64,000 nucleotides of DNA from Nonlabens sp. (GCF_039941875.1 NZ_JBDVDQ010000016.1:81916-145915); one strand, 5' to 3'; shown: positions 8,583-18,806, counted from the stretch's first letter. The notes: generated by a model not told the origin, from the sequence alone. Translations and numbers: made by a program.

Positions 8583-10001
8583 ATGTCAAAACGAAGAAGA
8601 AGAGCTCAAAAGACCTTTGAAAATGTACCAGTAGTAGATGCAGGTGCAAGAGGTAAAAGTGTTGCAAAAACAGAAGATGGAGAAGTAATTTTCCTAACAG
8701 ACGCTGTCCCAGGAGATGTGGTAAACATCCAGACTTTTAAGAAAAAGAAATCTTTTTATGAAGGTCGTGTTACAGAATTTATTGAATTAAGTGACAGACG
8801 TGCGCAGCCTGTTTGTAAACACTTCAATACTTGTGGAGGTTGTAAATGGCAACACATGACTTATGAAAGTCAATTGTATTTTAAGCAAAAAGAAGTTGCA
8901 GAGAACCTGAGAAGAATAGGTCACCTAGACTTACCAGAAATGACTCCTATCGCAGGGTCCTCTGAGCAATACCACTATCGAAATAAGATGGAATTCAGCT
9001 TTTCTGCAAACCGATGGTTAACACTAGAAGAAATTCAAAGTGATGTAGAAATAGAAGATAAAAAAGCCCTAGGTTTTCATATTCCAGGAATGTGGGATAA
9101 GATTTTACACTTAGACGAGTGTCATCTACATCCTCAAATAGGAGAAGATATTAGATTGAGTGTGCACGCTTTCGCGAAAGCGGAAAACATATCCTACTTT
9201 AACCCAAGAGAAAAAACAGGAACATTAAGAACATTAATGTTACGTATGTCCTCTACTGGTGAGAACATGGTAGTGATTCAGTTTTTTCAAGATAACGAGG
9301 CACAAAGAATCGCTTTATTAGATCATTTAAAGGAAAACTTTCCACAAATAACGTCATTGCAGTACATTATAAATGAAAAAGCAAACGACACGATTTATGA
9401 TCAAGATGTAATATGCTATAATGGCCGCGATCATATTTTTGAAGAAATGGAAGGTTTGCAATTTAAAATTAATGCAAAATCTTTTTATCAGACTAATAGT
9501 AAACAGGCTTATGAACTGTATAAAATAACTAGAGATTTTGCAGGCTTATCTGGAGAAGAACTGGTTTATGACCTTTATACAGGAACAGGAACTATCGCGC
9601 AATTTGTTGCTAAAAAAGCAAAGCATGTCGTAGGAATAGAAGCTATACCTGTAGCTATAGAAGATGCTAAAACAAATGCTTTACACAACGGTATAGAAAA
9701 CACGACATTCTTTGCCGGTGATATGAAAGACGTATTTACTCAAGAATTTATTGACGAGCACGGACAGCCAGACATTATCATAACAGACCCACCTAGGGAC
9801 GGTATGCACAAAGATGTGGTAGCACAACTTATTAAATTAAGTGCACAACGCATAGTCTATGTAAGTTGTAACAGTGCAACACAAGCACGTGATCTTGCGT
9901 TGCTAGATGAGAAATACTCCATAGTAAAGGTACAACCAGTAGATATGTTCCCACAGACACATCACGTAGAAAACGTAGTTTTACTAGAACTTAAAGGCTA
10001 G
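8583..10001 (+). CDS. rlmD: 23S rRNA (uracil-1939-C5)-methyltransferase
   Basis: TRAM N-terminus, C..CGGC Fe-S motif, DLYTGTG, DPPRDG, YVSCN, DMFPQTHHVE. Confidence 0.9.
   Translation: MSKRRRRAQKTFENVPVVDAGARGKSVAKTEDGEVIFLTDAVPGDVVNIQTFKKKKSFYEGRVTEFIELSDRRAQPVCKHFNTCGGCKWQHMTYESQLYFKQKEVAENLRRIGHLDLPEMTPIAGSSEQYHYRNKMEFSFSANRWLTLEEIQSDVEIEDKKALGFHIPGMWDKILHLDECHLHPQIGEDIRLSVHAFAKAENISYFNPREKTGTLRTLMLRMSSTGENMVVIQFFQDNEAQRIALLDHLKENFPQITSLQYIINEKANDTIYDQDVICYNGRDHIFEEMEGLQFKINAKSFYQTNSKQAYELYKITRDFAGLSGEELVYDLYTGTGTIAQFVAKKAKHVVGIEAIPVAIEDAKTNALHNGIENTTFFAGDMKDVFTQEFIDEHGQPDIIITDPPRDGMHKDVVAQLIKLSAQRIVYVSCNSATQARDLALLDEKYSIVKVQPVDMFPQTHHVENVVLLELKG
9168..9181. repeat. Iterated palindrome copy 2 (in rlmD, AFAKA)
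   Basis: CGCTTTCGCGAAAGCG at 9167-9182. Confidence 0.9.
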
Positions 10002-10013
10002 AAAATTCAAATT

Positions 10014-10550
10014 ATGAAAAACATTTTCACAATAATAATCTTGCTCTTTATTACAGTCTCCTGTAAAAAAGAGCAAGTTGAAGTTACTAAAGACATAGAG
10101 ATACTCAGCTTTTCTAGTGACGATGCATCTACATTTATTGATGAAATTGTAGCAAATGCAAATGGTAAGGTAATTTATATAGACAACTGGGCAACCTGGT
10201 GCGCACCTTGCAAAGCAGAGTTTAAAGCAGCATCACCGGCGTTACATGAAAAATTTAAGGAAGATGTAGAATTTATCTACCTCTGCCACGCAAGTAAGGA
10301 AGCTACCTATTTACCTTCTATAGAAGAGTATAATATAAAAGGAAAACATTATTTTCTTACAGACGAGCAAGGCTCTATTGTACAACAGCAGTTGAACCTA
10401 GTAGGATTCCCGACGTATACCATTTATGATAAAAAAGGAAATCAGGTACTATCTGATTATATACACAGACCTAGTCATGGACCTACCTCAGACATTTTAA
10501 CAAAGTTGATCAATGACGAAGTTGTAAACCTGACTAATAGCACTCCATAA
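10014..10550 (+). CDS. TlpA-like thioredoxin-fold lipoprotein
   Basis: Lipobox VS-C; WATWCAPCK (CxxC); GFPTY. Confidence 0.8.
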   Translation: MKNIFTIIILLFITVSCKKEQVEVTKDIEILSFSSDDASTFIDEIVANANGKVIYIDNWATWCAPCKAEFKAASPALHEKFKEDVEFIYLCHASKEATYLPSIEEYNIKGKHYFLTDEQGSIVQQQLNLVGFPTYTIYDKKGNQVLSDYIHRPSHGPTSDILTKLINDEVVNLTNSTP

Positions 10551-10554
10551 TTCT

Positions 10555-11070
10555 ATGAAAAGATTTTCTAGCGTTTTTTTAATCCTAATCGCTGCCATTT
10601 TATTTAATGGTTGTGAAAAGGATGATTTGTGTACAACAGACCAGGCAGCCACACCTAGGTTAGTTATTGAATTTAGAGATGTGCTCAACCCTCTTAATTT
10701 TAAGGCTGTAGACCAAATTCAAGTACAAGAAATAGGCAGCAGCGAGCTTGCACCACTAGATAGTGACGATTCTACGACACTTACAGATGTAGAAACCATT
10801 TCTATACCTTTACTTACAGATGGTAATAGAACGAGTTATGATTTTATCTTTACTGAAGATGGTATTGCAAATTCTGATAACATAGATTTTAATTATATAC
10901 TAGAAGAAGAATATGTAAGTAGAGCTTGCGGTTTTAGAATTATATACAATAATCTTGTTGCTATTCTTACTCCAGAAACTAGCGGTACACAATGGATCAA
11001 CAGGACCGTAATCGTAGAAAATAATATAACTAATGATACAGAAGACATACATGTTCAAATACTTCATTAG
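10555..11070 (+). CDS. DUF6452-like lipoprotein
   Basis: Lipobox NG-C then EKDD; TPRLVIEF and YVSRACG motifs. Confidence 0.65.
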   Translation: MKRFSSVFLILIAAILFNGCEKDDLCTTDQAATPRLVIEFRDVLNPLNFKAVDQIQVQEIGSSELAPLDSDDSTTLTDVETISIPLLTDGNRTSYDFIFTEDGIANSDNIDFNYILEEEYVSRACGFRIIYNNLVAILTPETSGTQWINRTVIVENNITNDTEDIHVQILH

Positions 11071-11746
11071 CATACTAGCCATATTCACTTTTTTCACAAG
11101 TAACGCTCAAGGCGAAAACGAGATAGAAAAAGACAGCATCGTTTACAAGAAATCTTATGGTTTACGCGCTGGACTCGATCTTGCCAGTTTAGTAAGAACA
11201 GCACTAGATGATGAGTACACCGGTTTTCAAGTCCTAGCAGATTATCGACTAAGCGATAGACTTTATATAGCTGGAGAAATAGGTAGTGAATCTCTAGACA
11301 GAATAAGCGAGAGCGTAGATTATGAAACATCAGGATCATTCATTAAAGCAGGTGTAGATTATAATTTCTATCAAAACTGGCTGGACATGGATAACATGAT
11401 TTACGGAGGTGCAAGAATAGGGTATGCAACCATGTCACAAACCTTAAACCGATATGATTATAATATAGATAACAACTACTTCCCTGTTTTTACTAACGTT
11501 GTAGACCGAGAATTCACAGGTTTAAATATGATCTGGCTAGAAATACAACTAGGTTTAAAAGTTGAAGTATTGAACAATTTATACATGACAGCAAACTTTC
11601 AATTAAAGCGTCAGGTATCAGAAAAGACACCTGATAATTTTGACAATCTCTATGTTCCAGGATATGGAAGAACTTTTGACACTGGAAACATAGGCGTAGG
11701 TTATTCTTATGGAATCATGTATAGAATTCCATTTTTCAAAAAATAA
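11051..11746 (+). CDS. DUF6048-like predicted outer-membrane beta-barrel protein
   Basis: Signal peptide from MFKYF; alternating beta-strand pattern; aromatic C-terminus; overlaps upstream gene. Confidence 0.65.
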   Translation: MFKYFISILAIFTFFTSNAQGENEIEKDSIVYKKSYGLRAGLDLASLVRTALDDEYTGFQVLADYRLSDRLYIAGEIGSESLDRISESVDYETSGSFIKAGVDYNFYQNWLDMDNMIYGGARIGYATMSQTLNRYDYNIDNNYFPVFTNVVDREFTGLNMIWLEIQLGLKVEVLNNLYMTANFQLKRQVSEKTPDNFDNLYVPGYGRTFDTGNIGVGYSYGIMYRIPFFKK

Positions 11747-11765
11747 ATCACATGTTCAAAGACAT

Positions 11766-11804
11766 AAAAAAAGCCTTTCCAGTTATGGAAAGGCTTTTTT
11801 TTTT
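11766..11804. terminator. Bidirectional intrinsic terminator
   Basis: AAAAAAAGCCTTTCCA-GTTA-TGGAAAGGCTTTTTTT between convergent genes. Confidence 0.8.
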
Positions 11805-11821
11805 ATATAATAACTTTAAAC

Positions 11822-12217
11822 TTACTCCTCTTCTTGAGAGCCTAACATATCATTACCCTGTAGTAAGTTATACCACTGTAATACTTTTTTAATATCACTT
11901 GCATACACACGATCTTCATCATAATCAGGTAGAACCTCGTTAAAATAACTTTCTAGTTCTTTTTTACTACCCTTATGATTAATTGCAGGACCATTAGATT
12001 CCTTTGCAGCTATCTTCTTAAACACCTCTTTTAAAGGCATTTCTTGAGAATACGTATAAATAGAAATATCCTTAAGAACACTTACATTATGACTAATTCC
12101 CACTATAGAAGTTTTGTTATCTAATAAAGATTCTACTACAAAACCACTTTTTGCTTTACTCTTTAATTGGTATAAACCTGGCTTACCTGTTATGGAAAGT
12201 ATATTATCTAAATTCAT
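11822..12217 (-). CDS. DUF5606-like conserved Bacteroidota protein
   Basis: ILSITGKPGLY and DEDRVYASDIKK motifs; start moved to MNLDN. Confidence 0.7.
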   Translation of the reverse strand: MNLDNILSITGKPGLYQLKSKAKSGFVVESLLDNKTSIVGISHNVSVLKDISIYTYSQEMPLKEVFKKIAAKESNGPAINHKGSKKELESYFNEVLPDYDEDRVYASDIKKVLQWYNLLQGNDMLGSQEEE

Positions 12218-12238
12218 ATTTTTCTTTTTTAACGGTGG

Positions 12239-12246
12239 CAAATATA
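12239..12246 (-). promoter_or_regulatory. -7 box TATATTTG
   Basis: TAnnTTTG match upstream of 12217. Confidence 0.5.
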
Positions 12247-12313
12247 TATAATTACACCTTACCTTAATTATTACTTTAAGATTTCAACATCTCTTTGTGA
12301 AATCCTTCTAGAA

Positions 12314-12904
12314 CTACCTTCTTCCCTTTACTTCAGGAAAACGCATTCTATAATCTACATTAGTTTTTCCTTTTGAGATGTTAGATAGTTTTCCTTTTAT
12401 CAATCTCTTTTTAAGACTAGAAATTTTATCTGTAAACAAAACACCTTCTATGTGATCATACTCATGTTGTATAACACGAGCAATTAACCCATTATACGTT
12501 TCTGTGTGTTCTTTAAAGTTCTCGTCTTGATAACGTATAACGATCTCTTCCTGACGAAAAACGTCTTCTCTAACGTTAGGTATACTTAAACAACCTTCAT
12601 TAAAAGCCCATTCTTCACCATTTTCCTCAAGAATCTCAGCATTTATAAATGTCTTTTTAAATCCATTTAATTCCTTTGCTTCTTCTGGACTAAGGTCTGG
12701 ATCTTCAGAAAACGGAGTCGTATCTACTAGAAAAAGTCTAATAGGCATTCCTACCTGCGGCGCAGCAAGACCTACTCCACTTGCATTATACATCGTTTCC
12801 CACATATTATCTAGAATCTCCTTTATTTGAGGATGTTCTGATGTAATATCTACTGCTTTCTTTCTTAAAACTGGATCGCCATAAGCGACTACTGGTAAAA
12901 TCAT
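12314..12904 (-). CDS. def: Peptide deformylase
   Basis: GVGLAAPQ, EGCLSIP, QHEYDH. Confidence 0.95.
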   Translation of the reverse strand: MILPVVAYGDPVLRKKAVDITSEHPQIKEILDNMWETMYNASGVGLAAPQVGMPIRLFLVDTTPFSEDPDLSPEEAKELNGFKKTFINAEILEENGEEWAFNEGCLSIPNVREDVFRQEEIVIRYQDENFKEHTETYNGLIARVIQHEYDHIEGVLFTDKISSLKKRLIKGKLSNISKGKTNVDYRMRFPEVKGRR

Positions 12905-12958
12905 AATAAATGATTAATTGTTAATGCTTTTTAATCTTAAAATCAAAAAGCTAATTAT

Positions 12959-13378
12959 TTAAAACGGACTATTTCTGTCCATATAACTTTGCAATATGAT
13001 CGTGGCTGCTATCTCATCAACTAACGCTTTATTCTGGCGTTGTTTCTTCTTAAGCCCACCACTAAGCATAGCTGCATGTGCCATTTTTGAGGTAAAACGC
13101 TCATCTTCACGTTCTATTTTCACATCGGGAAACAGTTCTTGTAATTGAACGGTGTACTTTCTCAACCATGGTCCTAACTCACTATCTGTATAATCCATTT
13201 GTTTAGGCTCTCCTAACACTATGGTTTCTACCTCTTCCTTTTTAAGGTATTCTTGTAAAAAAGAGGTTAAATCACGAGTAGCAACTGTGGTAAGACCAGA
13301 CGCAATAATTTGCATAGGATCTGTAACCGCTATTCCAGTTCTTTTTTTACCGTAATCTATTGCTAGTAATCTTGCCAT
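12959..13378 (-). CDS. ruvX: Holliday junction resolvase-like RuvX/YqgF
   Basis: LAIDYGKKRTGIA, DERFTS, DEIAATIILQSY; start moved to MARLL. Confidence 0.9.
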   Translation of the reverse strand: MARLLAIDYGKKRTGIAVTDPMQIIASGLTTVATRDLTSFLQEYLKKEEVETIVLGEPKQMDYTDSELGPWLRKYTVQLQELFPDVKIEREDERFTSKMAHAAMLSGGLKKKQRQNKALVDEIAATIILQSYMDRNSPF

Positions 13379-13386
13379 ATATATTG

Positions 13387-13394
13387 CAAAAATA
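13387..13394 (-). promoter_or_regulatory. -7 box TATTTTTG for ruvX-def
   Basis: TAnnTTTG match 8 nt before ATG. Confidence 0.55.
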
Positions 13395-13457
13395 ACCAAA
13401 TCAATAAGGATGCCCTAATATGCCACCTTCAAAGTATCAATTCAAAGAGCTAGCTCT

Positions 13458-13465
13458 TATATTTG
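13458..13465 (+). promoter_or_regulatory. -7 box TATATTTG for dapD
   Basis: TAnnTTTG match, divergent from ruvX promoter. Confidence 0.55.
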
Positions 13466-13482
13466 TAAAAAAAAAGAACATC

Positions 13483-14298
13483 ATGGATCAATTGAGAAAT
13501 GTTATAGAAAATGCGTGGGAAGATCGCTCCCTTTTAGAAAACAAAGTCACTAAAAGCGCTATAAGAGAAGTTGTAGACATGCTAGATCGCGGTACATTGC
13601 GCGTTGCAGAGCCTACAGAAGATGGATGGCAAGTAAATGAATGGGTTAAGAAAGCCGTTGTACTTTATTTCCCTATTCAACAAATGGAAACTATAGAATG
13701 TGCTCCATTTGAATATCATGATAAAATACCTCTTAAAACCGGCTATGCAGAAAAAGGAATACGCGTTGTACCTAATGCAGTAGCTAGACATGGAGCTTAC
13801 ATCTCTAAGGGTGTTATCCTAATGCCATCTTATGTAAACATAGGTGCGCACGTAGAAGAAGGTACGATGGTAGACACATGGGCTACCGTAGGTAGTTGTG
13901 CTCAAATAGGTAAAAATGTACACTTAAGTGGTGGTGTAGGAATAGGTGGTGTTTTAGAACCACTACAAGCAGCTCCAGTAATTATAGAAGACGGTGCATT
14001 TATAGGCTCTCGTTGTATAGTAGTAGAAGGTGTACACGTAGAAAAAGAAGCTGTTCTAGGTGCAAATGTTGTTCTTACTATGAGTACTAAAATAATAGAC
14101 GTTACTGGTGATGAGCCTGTAGAGATGAAAGGTCGTGTGCCTGCACGTTCTGTGGTAATACCTGGTAGTTATACTAAAAAGTTTGCTGCTGGTGAGTTCC
14201 AAGTTCCTTGTGCTTTAATCATAGGTAGACGTAAAGAAAGTACTAATAAAAAGACATCTTTAAACGATGCTTTACGTGAATATAATGTAGCCGTTTAG
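13483..14298 (+). CDS. dapD: Tetrahydrodipicolinate N-succinyltransferase
   Basis: WQVNEWVKKAV, DTWATVGSCAQIG, GGVLEPLQA; start moved to MDQLR. Confidence 0.93.
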   Translation: MDQLRNVIENAWEDRSLLENKVTKSAIREVVDMLDRGTLRVAEPTEDGWQVNEWVKKAVVLYFPIQQMETIECAPFEYHDKIPLKTGYAEKGIRVVPNAVARHGAYISKGVILMPSYVNIGAHVEEGTMVDTWATVGSCAQIGKNVHLSGGVGIGGVLEPLQAAPVIIEDGAFIGSRCIVVEGVHVEKEAVLGANVVLTMSTKIIDVTGDEPVEMKGRVPARSVVIPGSYTKKFAAGEFQVPCALIIGRRKESTNKKTSLNDALREYNVAV

Positions 14299-15362
14299 TG
14301 CATATATTACTCATTCAATATCAAATGCTAGGTGATGTGCTTACCAGTACCATTATCGCCCAACAGCTCAAGATCACGTATCCTGATGCTCAAATCGATT
14401 ACCTCATCATCGCACATGCCGATGCTCTAGTGGCACATCACCCAGCTATTGATAATTTAATAAAAGTGACTAAGTCAGATTTTGAGAAAATGAGTTTTAT
14501 AATCTCGCTTTCGCGAAAGCTGAAACAAAAAAAATACGATCTTCTCATAGATGCTTATGGAAAAAATAATAGCGCTGTGCTATCTCATTTATCTAGAGCA
14601 AAACAAAGAATAGGTTATAAAAAATGGTTCTCTAGGCTTGCCTATACGGATGCCGTTAAAAACAATCCAGACACCTCTATTTATAAAACTGGGATAGCAC
14701 TAGGCAGCCGTATGTTGCTTACCACACCTATAACTAACGATGTGCAATGGCATTTAAAACCTAAGATATACCTAACACCAGATGAAAAGACTGAAGGCAA
14801 ACAATGGCTTTTACAATCTGGCATAGATCTTAAAAAACCACTTACTATGGTGAGTGTTTTAGGAAGTAGCGCAAATAAAACATTGCCATTTACCTCCATG
14901 GCAAAGGTGCTCGATAATTTTGTAACCCAAACAGGATCACAGTTACTTTTTAACTACATACCTAGTCAGAAAAAAGAAGCACTAGCTATATACAACGCTT
15001 GTTCTACCTCTACTCAAAAACATATTTTCATAGACGCATTTGCGCCTAGTATTAGAGATTTTTTAAAAGTATTATCACACTGCACAAGCATCATAGGTAA
15101 TGAAGGTGGCGCAATTAATATGGGTAAAGCACTAGATATACCCACTTTTGCTATATTCAGCCCATGGATTAATAAAGCATCATGGAATGTTAGTGAAGAC
15201 GGTAAAAAACACATCTCTGTACATCTGCAAGATTATTTACCAGAACTATATAAAGACTCATCTCCTAAGAACATGAAGTCTAGAGCCATGGAATTATACC
15301 AGCAATTTGATGCAAAATTGATGTTTCCCGATTTAAAGAAATTTGTCAGAGAGAATTATTAA
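14298..15362 (+). CDS. Glycosyltransferase family 9 (heptosyltransferase-like)
   Basis: IQYQMLGDVL, GNEGGAINMGKAL; GTG start overlapping dapD stop. Confidence 0.8.
   Translation: MHILLIQYQMLGDVLTSTIIAQQLKITYPDAQIDYLIIAHADALVAHHPAIDNLIKVTKSDFEKMSFIISLSRKLKQKKYDLLIDAYGKNNSAVLSHLSRAKQRIGYKKWFSRLAYTDAVKNNPDTSIYKTGIALGSRMLLTTPITNDVQWHLKPKIYLTPDEKTEGKQWLLQSGIDLKKPLTMVSVLGSSANKTLPFTSMAKVLDNFVTQTGSQLLFNYIPSQKKEALAIYNACSTSTQKHIFIDAFAPSIRDFLKVLSHCTSIIGNEGGAINMGKALDIPTFAIFSPWINKASWNVSEDGKKHISVHLQDYLPELYKDSSPKNMKSRAMELYQQFDAKLMFPDLKKFVRENY
14507..14520. repeat. Iterated palindrome copy 3 (in GT9, LSRK)
   Basis: Exact 14-bp match. Confidence 0.9.
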
Positions 15363-16255
15363 TTCTCTTCTATATCAATTTTACGCTCATTAATAATAAC
15401 TTCTTTTTCACTATCAGATAACTGATGAAACATCCGGTTATAAATTCTTTTTGATCTTTGATCTTTATAAAAATTAAGAGCTGCTGTAATTTCATTTTTC
15501 ACTTGTTGATAATAATCAAATGAGCATTGTCTACTCCATGAAATATTTATACAAACATCTCCTTTAAAATTCTTTAAAAAACGAAGGGTTTTATTTCTAA
15601 TATGTTTTGTTTGGATATACTCTTCATCTATAGAAAGTAGATCCTTATCGTCTATATAAAAATTCAAATCATCACAAGCTATAATTACTTCAACTGGTCC
15701 CTTAGGTATAGTATAACCATCATTGATTACTCCTTCTTCAAAATAATATTCACTTGCCAGCGCTACAATCAAATATTGATACAATTTGAATTCGTAATCC
15801 TTATCCTTAAACAATACAAGTAATTTTTGAGCCGTATCTCGAGAACTAGTACCACCTAACATTTCATCCGTTATCTGTTGAAACTTGTGCATGGTACGTT
15901 TTTCGATATCAGGAATGGTAAGATTTACATGCTCTATACATTCATCTAAACCAACAACTCCTTGAGTAGAAATAATAACAGGATGTCTTAAAGAAGTGTA
16001 ATCAACATCCTCAGGAACATCATTATTTGCAATTTGTGTTAAGAGTTTCTTATAATCTAATGCACGATTATCCAACAATAATCCTTGTTGAGAAATACTC
16101 AATTCAAAATCTTTCCAACTTTCTTTAAATTCAATGGTATTATAACCCATAGCAGCAAAACGACACTCTAGAATAAGGTCCTCGTAACTATTCGTTCTAT
16201 TATTCTCGCAAGAACTAAGGAAAAACACAAAAAGAATAAAAAAATGACTCTTCAT
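15359..16255 (-). CDS. Hypothetical lipoprotein with ExbD-like C-terminal region
   Basis: Lipobox LSS-C; C-terminal INISWSRQCSFDYYQQVKNEI resembles flavobacterial ExbD periplasmic domain. Confidence 0.5.
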   Translation of the reverse strand: MKSHFFILFVFFLSSCENNRTNSYEDLILECRFAAMGYNTIEFKESWKDFELSISQQGLLLDNRALDYKKLLTQIANNDVPEDVDYTSLRHPVIISTQGVVGLDECIEHVNLTIPDIEKRTMHKFQQITDEMLGGTSSRDTAQKLLVLFKDKDYEFKLYQYLIVALASEYYFEEGVINDGYTIPKGPVEVIIACDDLNFYIDDKDLLSIDEEYIQTKHIRNKTLRFLKNFKGDVCINISWSRQCSFDYYQQVKNEITAALNFYKDQRSKRIYNRMFHQLSDSEKEVIINERKIDIEEN

Positions 16256-16260
16256 TACAT

Positions 16261-17091
16261 TTATTTACTTTCCTTAACTATGCCATAAGGCGTGTAATCT
16301 TTCTTCTCGCCTCTTGTAGATTTTCTTATTGCTTTATTTTTATCAATAGATTCTTGATTCTTATAACCACGAGCGTGATCTAAGTGTAAACAGATAGCAC
16401 TGTAGCGTATTTGCTTTGATTTAATACCTAAATTAAATAAACGCTCACCCAGTTCTCTATCCTGACCGCCATATTGCATGCGCTCATCAAATCCATTTAC
16501 TTTTTTAAGATCTACCAGCCAGCCACTAGAATTATGCCCGTTCCAACTAGCGTTAGTAGGTGTCAGGTTTTCCATAATCTTTGCGGTAACAAATCCAGAT
16601 GTTAGTTTTTGGTTTTTATAAGATGCAGGTAGTCCGTTACTTCTTAACCAGTCAGCATTAAAACATCTTTGCGTTGCTATATCATTTTCTGTAATATTTT
16701 GAGAAAGTTCTAATGGCAATTTATAATAACCGCCAGAGAGAAAGTAACCATGCTCACGACGCTCGTAGTGAATCTGTAAAAAATCTTCTCTTGCGATACA
16801 ATCACCGTCAGACATGACCACATACTCTGCATTACAGGCAGATAATGCTTTGTTTAAGATCATACTTTTTTGAAAACCATCATCTTCATGCCATACATGT
16901 ATGATTTTCTTAGAGCTTTTTTCACTATATCTTTTAATAAAATCTTTAGTCTCATCATTTGACCCATCATCTGCAATAACTATTTCAAACTGTCTAAATA
17001 TTTGATGCTCATAACTCCACAAGGTTTTTTCTAACCATGGAATAGAGTTATACGTACTTATTACTACCGATATAGATGGATCTTTAATCAT
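16261..17091 (-). CDS. Glycosyltransferase family 2
   Basis: VISTYN, IADDGS, DGDC, NGFDERMQYGGQD. Confidence 0.88.
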   Translation of the reverse strand: MIKDPSISVVISTYNSIPWLEKTLWSYEHQIFRQFEIVIADDGSNDETKDFIKRYSEKSSKKIIHVWHEDDGFQKSMILNKALSACNAEYVVMSDGDCIAREDFLQIHYERREHGYFLSGGYYKLPLELSQNITENDIATQRCFNADWLRSNGLPASYKNQKLTSGFVTAKIMENLTPTNASWNGHNSSGWLVDLKKVNGFDERMQYGGQDRELGERLFNLGIKSKQIRYSAICLHLDHARGYKNQESIDKNKAIRKSTRGEKKDYTPYGIVKESK

Positions 17092-17119
17092 AAAAGGAAA
17101 ATAGTATTCTGATTTTTTA

Positions 17120-17127
17120 CAAATTTA
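17120..17127 (-). promoter_or_regulatory. -7 box TAAATTTG
   Basis: TAnnTTTG match upstream of 17091. Confidence 0.5.
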
Positions 17128-17160
17128 ATCATATAAGATGGGTTATTAAGATAACAAAGT

Positions 17161-17168
17161 TATTTTTG
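17161..17168 (+). promoter_or_regulatory. -7 box TATTTTTG
   Basis: TAnnTTTG match upstream of 17206. Confidence 0.5.
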
Positions 17169-17205
17169 CTACTGTTTGATTTTTATCTTGTAGATTAGTC
17201 ACCAC

Positions 17206-17970
17206 ATGCCAAAGTATCCAATAACAGCCATAATACCTGCTTATAACGAAGCGCACAACATAGTTGAAGTGCTTAAAAGTGTAAGTTTTTGTAACGAAGT
17301 CATTTTAGTAGATAGTAACAGTACTGATAATACTGTAGAACTGGGACAGCCCTATTTTGATAAATTACTTTCTAGAGAGTATATTCACAGTGCTTCTCAA
17401 AAGAACTGGGCCATACCTCAAGCAACTAACGAGTGGATTTTACTTGTAGACGCAGACGAGAGAGTTACTCCAGCCTTAAAAGAAGAAATAATCCAACTAA
17501 TACCGCAGCTAGAGATTAACGGTCATGCAGGCTACTGGATGGGAAGACGCAATTTCTTTATGGGTAAACAAGTGCGTTACAGCGGCTGGAAAAACGATAA
17601 AGTCATACGCCTTTTCCAAAAATCTAAATGTAAGTACGTAGATAAACACGTACACTCTGAAATAGAGGCAAATGGTTCTTTAGGCTGGTTAGACAACAAG
17701 TTATTGCATTATAAATATGTAAACATAGATCACCATGTAAATAAATTACAGCGGTATGCCAGTTTACAAGCAAGGGACTTTGATAAAAAAGTAGGCAGGA
17801 TCACCTTATTCCATGTGGTGGTTAAACCATTCTGGGGATTTTTTAAACACTACATTATCCAACTAGGTTTTCTAGATGGCTTTGTAGGTTTTACCATTGC
17901 ATACTTAAGAAGTTATGGAATTTTTATGAGGTATGTAAAATTGTGGTTATTACGCAGGGGAATAGACTAA
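17206..17970 (+). CDS. Glycosyltransferase family 2 (LPS core beta-1,4-glucosyltransferase-like)
   Basis: IPAYNE, VDSNSTDNT, LLVDADERVT, GFLDG. Confidence 0.85.
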   Translation: MPKYPITAIIPAYNEAHNIVEVLKSVSFCNEVILVDSNSTDNTVELGQPYFDKLLSREYIHSASQKNWAIPQATNEWILLVDADERVTPALKEEIIQLIPQLEINGHAGYWMGRRNFFMGKQVRYSGWKNDKVIRLFQKSKCKYVDKHVHSEIEANGSLGWLDNKLLHYKYVNIDHHVNKLQRYASLQARDFDKKVGRITLFHVVVKPFWGFFKHYIIQLGFLDGFVGFTIAYLRSYGIFMRYVKLWLLRRGID

Positions 17971-18806
17971 GACAGTAATTCTTCTATTTTGCTTTCAGAT
18001 AACTGGTAATGGGTACAAATTTGTTCCCACTGCACTCTATTAAAGTCTTGTCCTTTATTCACTTTTTTCAATGCTACGAACTGGGTACCTAAAATAGGTG
18101 TAGGTACTTCAGGACTGGTATGATTCTGCAAAGATCTAGTACCATTTAAAATAGCCATGGCTTTAAACCAAAGGTCATCTGCCTTAGGAGCTAATTTTGT
18201 AAAAAGATCAACATTTTGCACATCCTTATGCAAGCTACCTGCAGGATATAGAACACAAAAAGCACCTACAGGCATGTTATGAGGACTCTGCACTGGTGGA
18301 TCTACTATAAAAGGCCATTTACTATAAGAATTTATACGACCATCTACATAAGTCATTTTACGACACCTATTCCCTATTACCTGGTCTGGAAATTTAAGAT
18401 GTTCTTCAAAAATAATCTTAAGTGTATCAGGTTGATAAATAACATCGTCATCACAAGTAATTACAGCCTTATCAGGAAATGCCTCTATACTATGAATCAA
18501 TTTTCTATGAGAAAAACCATAAGTAGAATATCGTATCTCAAAAAGATCTCCCTCTAATTTTGAAAGCCTTTTAGGTATTTGATTTTTAAGATCTTCTTTG
18601 AGCCATAAAACAATCTTCTCGGGCAAATATTCTTGTTGCATCATACTGCGTATAGTAATGTGCAATGTTCTTAATCTAGTCGGTATAGAAGTTAGAGACA
18701 CTATTACCGGTATTCTCTTTTCAGGATGAGCGGCTAGCTTTGATTGCGGTATAAGCACCATCTTTAGACTCGTGCTTATAGACTTAGGAATTTCAGATAA
18801 CTTCAT
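17967..18806 (-). CDS. Glycosyltransferase-like protein (GT-A fold)
   Basis: IVSLTSIPTRL, ITCDDDVIY (DxD), ADDLW. Confidence 0.7.
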   Translation of the reverse strand: MKLSEIPKSISTSLKMVLIPQSKLAAHPEKRIPVIVSLTSIPTRLRTLHITIRSMMQQEYLPEKIVLWLKEDLKNQIPKRLSKLEGDLFEIRYSTYGFSHRKLIHSIEAFPDKAVITCDDDVIYQPDTLKIIFEEHLKFPDQVIGNRCRKMTYVDGRINSYSKWPFIVDPPVQSPHNMPVGAFCVLYPAGSLHKDVQNVDLFTKLAPKADDLWFKAMAILNGTRSLQNHTSPEVPTPILGTQFVALKKVNKGQDFNRVQWEQICTHYQLSESKIEELLS

